A stretch of DNA of 25,095 nucleotides, taken from assembly GCA_964403685.1 (NCBI GenBank), contig CAYOHG010000001.1:1-25095 (forward strand). The letters are read 5' to 3'. Within the stretch, counting starts at the first letter, position 1, and the number at the start of each line of letters is the position of its first letter. Positions 16,276 through 25,095 of this stretch are shown in pieces. The translations under genes and the position numbers were made by a program. The stretch is from an uncultured Planctomycetales bacterium (GTDB taxonomy: Bacteria; Planctomycetota; Phycisphaerae; UBA1845; Fen-1342). Below the pieces are notes generated by a model. The model worked only from the letters and a program-made list of their open reading frames with translations. It was not told where the DNA came from and searched no databases.

Positions 16276-16983
16276 ATGATCATAACCATTGACGGGCCGG
16301 CTGGGTCGGGCAAGAGCACCGCGGCGCGAAAACTCGCCGCGCGGTTGGGCGTTCCCTACCTCGACACCGGGGCGATGTACCGCGTGGTGACGCTCGCGGC
16401 GCTGGACGACGGTGTTGATCTGCGCGACGACAAGTGCCTGGGCGAGCTGGCCGCGACCGCCGGCTTCGAGCTGGACTGCGGCCCGACGCACGTCCGCGTC
16501 ACGCTGCGCGGCCGCGACGTGACCGAGGACATCCGTTCGATGCACGTCAGCGAGCACACGCGCTTCATCGCTGGCTCGCCGGGGGTCCGCCGGGTGCTGG
16601 TGGAGAAGCAGCGCGAGATCGGGCGGCGGCTCGGCTCGATGGTCAGCGAGGGCCGCGACCAGGGCAGCGTGGTCTTCCCGCAGGCGGAGTTCAAGTTCTT
16701 TCTCGACGCCGCGGTCGAAAAGCGCGCCGAGCGCCGCTATCACGAGCTGATCGCCGAGGGCGAGGACGTGCGCATCGAGCAGGTGCTCGCCAACGTGATC
16801 GAGCGCGACCGGACGGACTCGAACCGGGCGGTCGCCCCGCTGACCTGCCCGCCCGACGCCGTCCGCATCGACACCACCCACCAGAGCCTGCACCAGGTGA
16901 TCGATCTGCTGATCGACCGCCTGCGGCACGCGGGCGTCGAGATTCCGCAGGATCACCCGGCATCGTCGCACACGCCGTCATGA
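16276..16983 (+). CDS. cmk: Cytidylate kinase
   Basis: MIITIDGPAGSGKST, YLDTGAMYR, VSEGRDQGSVVFPQAEFKFFLDA, RAERR, RDRTDSNR..APL, IDTT. Confidence 0.97.
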   Translation: MIITIDGPAGSGKSTAARKLAARLGVPYLDTGAMYRVVTLAALDDGVDLRDDKCLGELAATAGFELDCGPTHVRVTLRGRDVTEDIRSMHVSEHTRFIAGSPGVRRVLVEKQREIGRRLGSMVSEGRDQGSVVFPQAEFKFFLDAAVEKRAERRYHELIAEGEDVRIEQVLANVIERDRTDSNRAVAPLTCPPDAVRIDTTHQSLHQVIDLLIDRLRHAGVEIPQDHPASSHTPS

Positions 16984-17642
16984 GACTCTGGTATCGCTGC
17001 TGCCGGCAGGTTTGCCAGTGGGCCTACGTGCTGCTGTTTCGCGGGCGCGTCTTCGGAGCGCGGCACGTGCCACGGCGGGGCGGCGCACTGCTGGTCTGCA
17101 ACCATCAAAGCTTTCTCGACCCCGTCATCGCCACGCTGGCGCTGCCGCGCGAGTGCCACTACATGGCCCGCGACACGCTCTTCGGAAAAACCGCCCTGTT
17201 CGATCGGGTGGCACGCTCCCTGAATGCGTTTCCCATCCGCCGCGGGCAGGCCGATATCGGCGGAATCAAGGAAACGCTGCGACGGCTCAAGCAAGGCGAG
17301 CTCGTAACCGCGTTTCCGGAAGGCACACGCACGCCGGACGGCCGCGTGCAGGAGATCGAACCGGGTGTCGTCGTGCTGGCGCGAAAAGCGAAGGTGCCGA
17401 TTATCCCCGGCATGATCCTGGGGGCCTTTGAGGCCTGGCCACGGCAGCGCAAGCTGCCCATGCTACGTCCGCTGCTGATGGCCTACGGCGCGCGCATCGA
17501 GCCGCAGACGCTGGCCGCGCTGGATGACGCGGCGGCGGTCGCGCTGGTGCGCGGCCGCATCGTCGAGCTGATGGAGCGCTACCGCCGGCACGCGCTGCTA
17601 AGGGGCCGGCTAATGACCGACCGCAGCGCCCGGGGGGAGTGA
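16980..17642 (+). CDS. plsC: 1-acyl-sn-glycerol-3-phosphate acyltransferase (lysophospholipid acyltransferase family)
   Basis: ATGA overlap with the cmk stop; motifs CNHQSFLDP, FPIRR, FPEGTRT. Confidence 0.9.
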   Translation: MRLWYRCCRQVCQWAYVLLFRGRVFGARHVPRRGGALLVCNHQSFLDPVIATLALPRECHYMARDTLFGKTALFDRVARSLNAFPIRRGQADIGGIKETLRRLKQGELVTAFPEGTRTPDGRVQEIEPGVVVLARKAKVPIIPGMILGAFEAWPRQRKLPMLRPLLMAYGARIEPQTLAALDDAAAVALVRGRIVELMERYRRHALLRGRLMTDRSARGE

Positions 17643-17729
17643 GCCCAACAGTGGGGGGCGGAGGCGGGCCAGGCCGAGAGCCGTGCGTGAGAGGCCGGGC
17701 CGGGTGGACGGATACAGGAATGGGGCGCC

Positions 17730-17975
17730 ATGGAACTGCTTTGGTTCATCCTGATCGGACTGTGCGCCGGCTGGCTGGCCGGTCAGATCATGAAGACCGA
17801 CACCAGCGGCATCGTCGGCAACCTCGTCGTCGGCGTGATCGGGTCGCTGTTTGGCGGATTGCTGTTCAGCCTGGTGGGGCTGGCGCCAATCGGTCGGCTC
17901 GGGAGTCTGATCATGGCGACGGTTGGCGCGATTGTGCTGATTGCGTTGCTGCGGGCGATCAAGAAGCGCGGATGA
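17730..17975 (+). CDS. GlsB/YeaQ/YmgE (transglycosylase-associated) small membrane protein
   Basis: 81 aa: ILIGLCAGWLAGQIM..GIVGNLVVGVIGSLFGG..LIMATVGAIVLI. Confidence 0.92.
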   Translation: MELLWFILIGLCAGWLAGQIMKTDTSGIVGNLVVGVIGSLFGGLLFSLVGLAPIGRLGSLIMATVGAIVLIALLRAIKKRG

Positions 17976-18170
17976 CCGGGCGGAAGGGATTAGGGGCCGG
18001 GGATCGAAGAAGCAAGGGAACAACGGAACAGGGACGTGGGCGGGGCTGCGTGCGACCGGAATGGCGTCGATCGCCGCGGCCGTGTTTCCAGCGAGTGCCG
18101 GGGTGGAGTCCCGCAGCGGAGGAAACGCGAGCAGATAACGCCTAACGCCTCGGAACGGCAACTTGCTGAA

Positions 18171-18244
18171 CGCACCCCGCTGGATTCGAACCAGCAACCT
18201 TCGGTTCCGTAGACCGATGCTCTGTCCAGTTGAGCTAGGGGTGC
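18171..18244 (-). tRNA. tRNA-Arg (anticodon ACG), CCA not encoded
   Basis: Acceptor GCACCCC/GGGGTGC, anticodon arm TCGGT-CTACGGA-ACCGA, T-arm GCTGG-TTCGAAT-CCAGC. Confidence 0.97.
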
Positions 18245-18273
18245 AACCGGCACCGCTTGGCCATCGCGCCACG

Positions 18274-18357
18274 TGCCCGGGACTGGATTCGAACCAGCAC
18301 GAGGTTGCCCCCACCAGGCCCTCAACCTGGCGCGTCTGCCAATTCCGCCACCCGGGC
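18274..18357 (-). tRNA. tRNA-Leu (anticodon GAG), long variable arm, CCA not encoded
   Basis: Acceptor GCCCGGG/CCCGGGC, D-loop AATTGGCAGA, anticodon arm CCAGG-TTGAGGG-CCTGG, TTCGAAT T-loop. Lies 29 bp upstream of tRNA-Arg. Confidence 0.97.
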
Positions 18358-18393
18358 GCTGACCCGCACAACGACCCCGCGGGCAGACCAATC

Positions 18394-18422
18394 AGACTAC
18401 GACGTTTGTCGGCGCTCGTCAA
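18394..18422 (-). promoter_or_regulatory. Sigma70 promoter for the tRNA-Leu/tRNA-Arg pair
   Basis: TTGACG-N17-TAGTCT on the minus strand, 36 nt upstream of the tRNA-Leu 5' end. Confidence 0.7.
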
Positions 18423-18434
18423 GCGGAGCGAGCG

Positions 18435-19421
18435 CTACCCCAGCGTATCAAACCGCCGCCGTGTCGCCAGCAGATACAGGAAGAACAGCGCGCCGAGGAT
18501 GTTCGTCAACACACCGACGGGGATTTCGTAGCGGTAGCTGCGGGCCAGGCCGTCGCACAGCGCCAGGAAAGCGGCTCCGCCGAACGCCGAACCGATCAGC
18601 ACCGGCAGCGCGCGAATGCCCACCAGGGCGCGAATGGCGTGCGGCACGAGCAGCCCGATGAACGCGATCGGCCCGCAATTGGCAACGATGACGGCGGTGA
18701 GCACTCCCACCAGCCCGTAACAGCTCCAGACGGTCGCCCCGACCGCGACGCCGCGGGCGGCCGCGAGCTCATCACCCATGGCCAGCAGGTCCAGCGCGCG
18801 GTGCGAAAGCAGCGCGACGGCGAGCACGGGCAGCAGCACGATCGCCACCTCCAGCACCGCCTGCGGCCGGTGGCGAGCCAGCGAGCCCATCATCCAGATG
18901 ACCAGGTCGTTCGTGACCGCCTGGCCGGCCAGGAATGCGGTCAGCATGACGCCGGCGGAGCACATGTACGCAAAACAGATTCCGGCCAGCAGCACACGGG
19001 TCATGTCGCGCCCGGAGGCCGAGCGGGCCAGCGCGGTGACAAAGACGATCGAAACGCCCGCCCCGGCGAACGCGAAGAGCGAGAGCCGCGGAACGCCGAA
19101 CAGAGCGCCGTCGACGTGCAACAGGAACGCGATCGCCGCCCCGAGCGAAGCGCCGCTGGCGATTCCGAGGGTGTAGGGTTCGGCCAGGGGGTTGCGAAAG
19201 AGGTTCTGGAGCACCGCGCCGCTGCACGCCAGGCCCGCGCCGGCCAGGGCCGCCAGCGCTGTGCGCGGCACGCGATACGACCAGAACAGCGACCCTGGAC
19301 CGAACGAGGCGACGTCGCTCCAGTCCAGTTGCAGCGGGCCAAGCCAGGTTGCGCCGGCCACGACCACCAGCGCCAGCCCCGCCAGCACGAGCAGTCTTGG
19401 ACCCGCGGTGGGCAAGCGCAC
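18435..19421 (-). CDS. FecCD/BtuC-family iron-siderophore/heme/cobalamin ABC transporter permease
   Basis: YRVPRTALA.LAGAGLACSGAVLQNLFRNPLAEPYTLGIASGASLG, LLAMGDELAAARGV, CGPIAFIGLLVPH, EIPVGVLTNILGALFFLYLL. Confidence 0.93.
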   Translation of the reverse strand: MRLPTAGPRLLVLAGLALVVVAGATWLGPLQLDWSDVASFGPGSLFWSYRVPRTALAALAGAGLACSGAVLQNLFRNPLAEPYTLGIASGASLGAAIAFLLHVDGALFGVPRLSLFAFAGAGVSIVFVTALARSASGRDMTRVLLAGICFAYMCSAGVMLTAFLAGQAVTNDLVIWMMGSLARHRPQAVLEVAIVLLPVLAVALLSHRALDLLAMGDELAAARGVAVGATVWSCYGLVGVLTAVIVANCGPIAFIGLLVPHAIRALVGIRALPVLIGSAFGGAAFLALCDGLARSYRYEIPVGVLTNILGALFFLYLLATRRRFDTLG

Positions 19422-19426
19422 CTCGC

Positions 19427-20101
19427 TCAGCGTTCGACCGGCCGGCGTTCCTCGAGATCAACATCGAAGAAGGGCAGCATCACGTACCACGCGGTGTCGA
19501 TACCGAGCTTGCCCAGCTCGCGGTCCTCGACGTCCGAGGTGGTGGCTTCAACCGATTGCCGCCGGCAGGTGAGCTCGCGGCCGTCCTCCTCGTCCTCCGG
19601 CCAGAGCCGCGCCTTGGCGGGTGGAAGCTCGACGCCGATGACGCGCATCTGGAGCCGAACCGCCGGCGAGACGACCGGATGATCGGGCGCCTCGCGGCCC
19701 TGAAGCTCGACGATCCGCAGATACAGCACATGCGTCGCCCCGCACTCGCGGCCGACTTTCTGCACCGGCCAGCGGCCAAAGTCGGCGTGCTCGACGCGCA
19801 GGCGCATGATGGTGTCGTGCGGAAGGAGCGTCGCGGTTGTCTTGCGGTTGCGAAAGTACTCGTTGAGCTTCTCATGCAGGCTGCGGGCGAAAATCAGGTT
19901 GAGCTGCTCGGGATTGGCCGCGTCCACCAGCACTGCGACCCGGCTGCCGGCGGGAAACGCGAATTCGGCTTTCTGGATCTTCGGCGGGCTGAGGTAGTAC
20001 GCGGCGGCGCCCATGACGTTGCAGCCGGCCGCCGAAAGCAGGAGTGCCGCGGAGCAGAGCGCCCCGAGCACCGCGCCGCCCTTGTTCGCCGAGTGCTTCA
20101 C
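19427..20101 (-). CDS. Uncharacterised lipoprotein B (paralogue of 20098-20754)
   Basis: GTG start overlaps the upstream TGA (GTGA). Signal peptide KHSANKGGAVLGALCSAALLLSAAG-C with lipobox AAGC. Confidence 0.8.
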   Translation of the reverse strand: MKHSANKGGAVLGALCSAALLLSAAGCNVMGAAAYYLSPPKIQKAEFAFPAGSRVAVLVDAANPEQLNLIFARSLHEKLNEYFRNRKTTATLLPHDTIMRLRVEHADFGRWPVQKVGRECGATHVLYLRIVELQGREAPDHPVVSPAVRLQMRVIGVELPPAKARLWPEDEEDGRELTCRRQSVEATTSDVEDRELGKLGIDTAWYVMLPFFDVDLEERRPVER

Positions 20102-20754
20102 CGGATCTTCACCTTGCGATCGAAGAACTTCGCCGCCACGTCGTCCGCGAAAACCTCCATTGCCGCCCGGCGGATGGAATCGTCGGTGCTGCCCCATTCG
20201 CCGACAGAGTCCTTCGGGTAGAGGGTTTCGACCGCGGTGCGGAAGGACGCGTCGGCGTCGGGATGCTCAACCTGATACACGGCCAGGTTGGCGCCGATCC
20301 GGCCGCGGTAGAGATGCGGGCTGTCGGCGTCACGGGTGGAGTACTCGGTCAGCTCGATCATGACGACGCGTTCGGCGCCGAAATGCTCGCCGATCCGGCC
20401 GGGGCGCTGCTTGTCCCAGTCCGGCTCGCTCCGCTGGTAGTCGACGACACTGCGGTTGGGTGTGATCGTGAGGCTGGCCTGATTCGCCTGGAGGGCGCGG
20501 GCCACGTGTTCGGAAACCTCGAGCTGAACGTGCGGGTAGCTGAACGTCGTGTCCATGTCGGCCCAGACGACCAGGCAGACACGCTTGCCGCTCAAATAGG
20601 GGTACTCCGCCGGAACGAGCCGGGTCGGCGGCTCGCCCCACATCAGCCAGGGAACCGCCATCGCCTGGCAGCCGGCCAGCAGCAGCATCCCGAGCCCGGA
20701 CGCAAGCAGTGCCGCTGCGCCGCGACGGTTCCGGCACGCGCGCGAGTCGCTCAT
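20098..20754 (-). CDS. Uncharacterised lipoprotein A
   Basis: GGAGG RBS before ATG 20754; basic N-region, hydrophobic stretch and lipobox LAGC. Confidence 0.82.
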   Translation of the reverse strand: MSDSRACRNRRGAAALLASGLGMLLLAGCQAMAVPWLMWGEPPTRLVPAEYPYLSGKRVCLVVWADMDTTFSYPHVQLEVSEHVARALQANQASLTITPNRSVVDYQRSEPDWDKQRPGRIGEHFGAERVVMIELTEYSTRDADSPHLYRGRIGANLAVYQVEHPDADASFRTAVETLYPKDSVGEWGSTDDSIRRAAMEVFADDVAAKFFDRKVKIR

Positions 20755-20847
20755 TGCAGGATTGCCTCCCAAACGGGTCCGTCGCGAACGATACTCGCTG
20801 GTCGCCAACCGCGATAGACGACGACCCGTGGCCCGCACCGCGAGCAA

Positions 20848-22062
20848 TCAGTAACGCTCCCCCATCCACGGTGCCGGGCCCGCGAAGACCGCGCTGGCCG
20901 AGGCCAGCGCCTCCGCCGAACCGCAGACCTGCCCCGTGGTTTGCAGTTCTTCGGCCGTCTGGTGCCCTGTGTAGAGCGGCGCCAGCCCGCGAATGTCGAC
21001 CTGTACGTCGCCACGCCCGCCGGGCCGGACCTGCCCACGTCCCTCGGCGACCGTGAGAATGAAATCGCCGTCGTTGTTCGCAATCAGCTCGTCGCGCAGG
21101 CGGAAGTGCAGCTCGGCCCGGATTGCCGGCGAGTATCCGCGGGCCTCCAGCGCCGCGCGCGCGTCGATCACGCGCAGCATCCACAGCGAGCGGTTGTGAA
21201 CGGTCAGATTCTCTTCCTCGGCCAGGGCCAGCACCGGATCAGCGATCCCCAGGACAATCTGCGCGTGCGAGGCCATCGTGCTGTGATCGGCCAGCAGCGC
21301 CAGCAGGCGCTGGGCTGCCGGCCGGGTGAGCGCCGCGCAGTCGCGAACGATGATTTCGTAGGGCTGGTTGCGCTGCCCGGCCTGAATGTAGACGATGTAG
21401 CCTTCCAGGCGCGCGGCGGAGTTGGTGGCGGCGTCCGCGGCTTCGACCACATAGGCGTATACCCGGCCGTCCCAGTCGGCAAAGATACGGTCCCACTGCC
21501 GCTGCGTTCGGGCGACGTTGCCAGCCGTGCGCCGCGCCCGGGTTTCGTATATCGCGGCAACGGCCGGGTGGTCTGCCGTCGTCATCGGCCGAATGCGTGC
21601 CTCTCGGCTTGGACGTCCGATGGCGCGCAGCGCGAGCTTGTACCAGATGCGAACGCCGGCCTGCTCGTAGCCCACTTTGCGATACAGCCCGTACGTGGAT
21701 GGGTAGAGCGACGAAAGCGGGCATCCCGCGTCGCGCAACTGGGTCACGCACGTGCCCATCATGCGCGCCGCGACGCCGGTTCCGCGAACTTCCGGGGAGA
21801 TCCCGACGATCGTGATCCCCGCCGCCGGCACAGCCCGCCCGCCGAAGTAATGTCCGAAGTAATAGATGCCCAGCCCGCCGACGATCTCGCCGTCGAGCCG
21901 CGCGACGCGCACATTCTCATTTCCGACAGTGGCCAGCCAGGCGTCCGTACGTTCCGGCGGCAGGCCAAAGCCCGCGAACGACTGGTAGATGATCTCGGAC
22001 AGCCGGCGAACGTCATGGTCGTCTCTCGGCGGTGTCAATGTCAGGCGGTCGGTCGGGTGCAT
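20848..22062 (-). CDS. Eis-like GNAT acetyltransferase (tandem GNAT plus SCP2-like C-terminus)
   Basis: GITIVGISPEVRGTGVA (acetyl-CoA binding), SSLYPS...LYRKVGYE, WMLRVID..ALEARGY, LAPLYTG, C-terminal PWMGERY. AAGGAG RBS before ATG 22062. Confidence 0.9.
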   Translation of the reverse strand: MHPTDRLTLTPPRDDHDVRRLSEIIYQSFAGFGLPPERTDAWLATVGNENVRVARLDGEIVGGLGIYYFGHYFGGRAVPAAGITIVGISPEVRGTGVAARMMGTCVTQLRDAGCPLSSLYPSTYGLYRKVGYEQAGVRIWYKLALRAIGRPSREARIRPMTTADHPAVAAIYETRARRTAGNVARTQRQWDRIFADWDGRVYAYVVEAADAATNSAARLEGYIVYIQAGQRNQPYEIIVRDCAALTRPAAQRLLALLADHSTMASHAQIVLGIADPVLALAEEENLTVHNRSLWMLRVIDARAALEARGYSPAIRAELHFRLRDELIANNDGDFILTVAEGRGQVRPGGRGDVQVDIRGLAPLYTGHQTAEELQTTGQVCGSAEALASASAVFAGPAPWMGERY

Positions 22063-22093
22063 GCAAACGGCTCCTTCAGCGGAAACCGACCGG

Positions 22094-22099
22094 AGTATA
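22094..22099 (-). promoter_or_regulatory. Candidate -10 box (TATACT) upstream of the Eis-like gene
   Basis: TATACT on the minus strand, 31 nt upstream of ATG 22062; no recognisable -35. Confidence 0.3.
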
Positions 22100-22226
22100 C
22101 CTGCGCCGGCCGGCCGCCGACCCCGCCGCGGCTGGCGCGCGGATCGGGCGACGCGGTATAGTCTCGTGTCGGCGCCGTCCGCCCGCGTTTCAGCCGGATG
22201 GCGCAGACATTCAATCGGAGCCGCCC

Positions 22227-23282
22227 ATGGACGATCACGCAAACGGACGGTCACTCTCGCGGCGCGGTTTTCTGCGTCGAGCGCTGTCCGGAGCCGCGTC
22301 AGCCGCGGCGCTGCCCTCGGTGTTCGCGCGGACGCAGGACAAGTCCGGCCGCGGGCCGATCGTGCTGGGTTCGGGCGAGCATCAGTACGAGGTGCAGCAT
22401 GACTGGGGCGCTCTGCCGGCGGGCATCCGTTGGGGCAATACGCACGGGGTCTGCGAGGACTCCCAAGGGCGCATCTACATCAAGCACACGGTTCACGCCA
22501 GCAGTCCGGGCGCGGACGCTATCGTCGTCTTCGACGCTGACGGGAGATTCGTTCGCTCGTGGGGCAGCGAATACAAGGGCGGCGCCCACGGATTGCACCT
22601 CTCTCGCGAAGGAGGACAGGAGTTTCTGTACCTGTGCGACTTTGCCCGCGGCGTCGTGGCGAAGACCGACCTGAATGGCGCCGTGGTCTGGACGCTCTCT
22701 GCTCCGATGGAGTCTGGGTTGTACAACAATCCCGGCGAATTCAAGCCGACCAATGTCGCGGTCGCGCCGGACGGGACGCTCTATGTGGCGGACGGCTACG
22801 GCAAGAGCTGGATTCACGTCTATGATGCCAAAGGCGAGTACAGGCGTTCGTTCGGCGGACCCGGCGCTGAACGCGGCCAGCTCGCCTGCCCGCATGGGAT
22901 CATGGTCGATACGCGCGGCGCTCAGCCTACGCTGGTCGTGGCGGATCGCAGCAATCGCCGATTGCAGTACTTCAGCCTGGAAGGCCGGCACCTGCGCTTC
23001 GTCACTGAAGAGCTGCGCTCGCCGTGTCATTTTCACGAGCGTGGCGGGGTGTTGCTGATCCCGGACCTCGAGGCGCGCGTGACGCTTTTCGATCGCGAGA
23101 ACAGGCTGATTGCACACCTGGGCGATGGAGGCAGTTTTGCGCTGCGCGACAAGCCGCGTGAGCAGTTCGTGGCGGGCCAGTTCATCGCCCCGCATAGCGC
23201 GATCTTCGACCACGCGGGAAACATCTTCGTGGTGGAGTGGGTGGAGGTCGGGCGGGTAACGAAACTGCGGCGCGTAGCGTAG
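22227..23282 (+). CDS. Tat-exported NHL-repeat beta-propeller protein, PAL (peptidyl-alpha-hydroxyglycine alpha-amidating lyase)-like
   Basis: SRRGFL twin-arginine signal; NHL repeats (PTNVAVAPDGTLYVADGYG, CPHGI..VVADRSN, APHSAIFDHAGNIFVVEW). GGAG RBS. Confidence 0.85.
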   Translation: MDDHANGRSLSRRGFLRRALSGAASAAALPSVFARTQDKSGRGPIVLGSGEHQYEVQHDWGALPAGIRWGNTHGVCEDSQGRIYIKHTVHASSPGADAIVVFDADGRFVRSWGSEYKGGAHGLHLSREGGQEFLYLCDFARGVVAKTDLNGAVVWTLSAPMESGLYNNPGEFKPTNVAVAPDGTLYVADGYGKSWIHVYDAKGEYRRSFGGPGAERGQLACPHGIMVDTRGAQPTLVVADRSNRRLQYFSLEGRHLRFVTEELRSPCHFHERGGVLLIPDLEARVTLFDRENRLIAHLGDGGSFALRDKPREQFVAGQFIAPHSAIFDHAGNIFVVEWVEVGRVTKLRRVA

Positions 23283-23304
23283 TCAGCCGCGAGGCGACGA
23301 ACAC

Positions 23305-24654
<1,350 letters not shown>

Positions 24655-24704
24655 GCGTCAAACTCCGCGGTTCGCCCAAGTTATCGGGCCGATCGCACGA
24701 GGCG

Positions 24705-25094
24705 CTAGATCGTCTGAAACTCCAACACTTCGGTGATATCGGCCAGCCGCTCGAGCTCCATCGTCATTTCCACGATGCGCGTGGCGGTCGCGGCGCTCAC
24801 GACGCCGTCAGCCAGGGTGCGGAATTTCGCAACCACCTCGTCGTCGGTCATGGGATTGCCGGCGTGGCCGCGCGGGTACGTCACCTGCTTGTCGAGCGTA
24901 CGGCCATTCCGCAGCTTGATGATGAGTCGATTGGGGATTCCGTCGGGATAGCCCGCGTTGCACTCGGGCGTTTCGACGATCCTGACGCGGTCGAGCAGGG
25001 CATGGACCTGCGGGTCGCGCACGTTTTCGTCACTGAAGCTGGCGCGGGTCACGTCTCCGTCGCGCAGCGCCAGCACGACGCAGAAGGGCATCGA
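24705..25094 (-). CDS. MmgE/PrpD family protein (2-methylcitrate dehydratase-like), C-terminal part; start lies outside the window
   Basis: SMPFCVVLAL.DG.V..ASF, YPDGIPNRL, YPRGHAGNPMTDDEVVAKFRTL. Confidence 0.85.
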   Translation of the reverse strand, partial: SMPFCVVLALRDGDVTRASFSDENVRDPQVHALLDRVRIVETPECNAGYPDGIPNRLIIKLRNGRTLDKQVTYPRGHAGNPMTDDEVVAKFRTLADGVVSAATATRIVEMTMELERLADITEVLEFQTI

Positions 25095-25095
25095 G

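Noticed and set aside
17630-18060. G-run clusters flanking the GlsB/YeaQ gene as possible G-quadruplexes
   Set aside because: Loops are long or irregular, and such runs are expected by chance at this GC content.

Overview
High-GC bacterial chromosomal window (about 67% GC by hand count of 361-660). It probably comes from a Planctomycetota/Phycisphaerae-like genome or MAG; this is an inference from the TatC insert with an 'STQP..TTQP' motif, the lipoprotein pair and the REP-like repeats. Content is mostly housekeeping and metabolic: Na+/solute symporter with a small membrane partner, tRNA-Val, PAS hybrid histidine kinase, LarA-family racemase, glpX-dtd, MFS, Zn-ADH, RlmI-type methyltransferase, DedA/TVP38, HMG-CoA lyase, tatC, small HAD, cmk-plsC, GlsB/YeaQ, tRNA-Leu and tRNA-Arg, FecCD permease, two paralogous lipoproteins, Eis-like acetyltransferase, Tat-exported NHL/PAL-like protein, citrate synthase and the 3' end of a PrpD/MmgE gene. 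I see no transposase, integrase, phage gene, CRISPR array or recognisable defence system, and I cannot point to a complete new multi-gene system with confidence. The strongest oddities are: (1) an apparently chimeric first ORF whose junction coincides with a GC shift; (2) tatC broken by one in-frame TAA; (3) a composite multi-hairpin repeat cluster that also supplies the tatC stop codon; (4) a tandem paralogous lipoprotein pair coupled to an orphan FecCD permease; (5) an uncharacterised membrane protein with a triple 22-aa repeat; (6) orphan LarA-like and PAL-like enzymes with intact catalytic residues. All family assignments come from motif recognition, not database searches.
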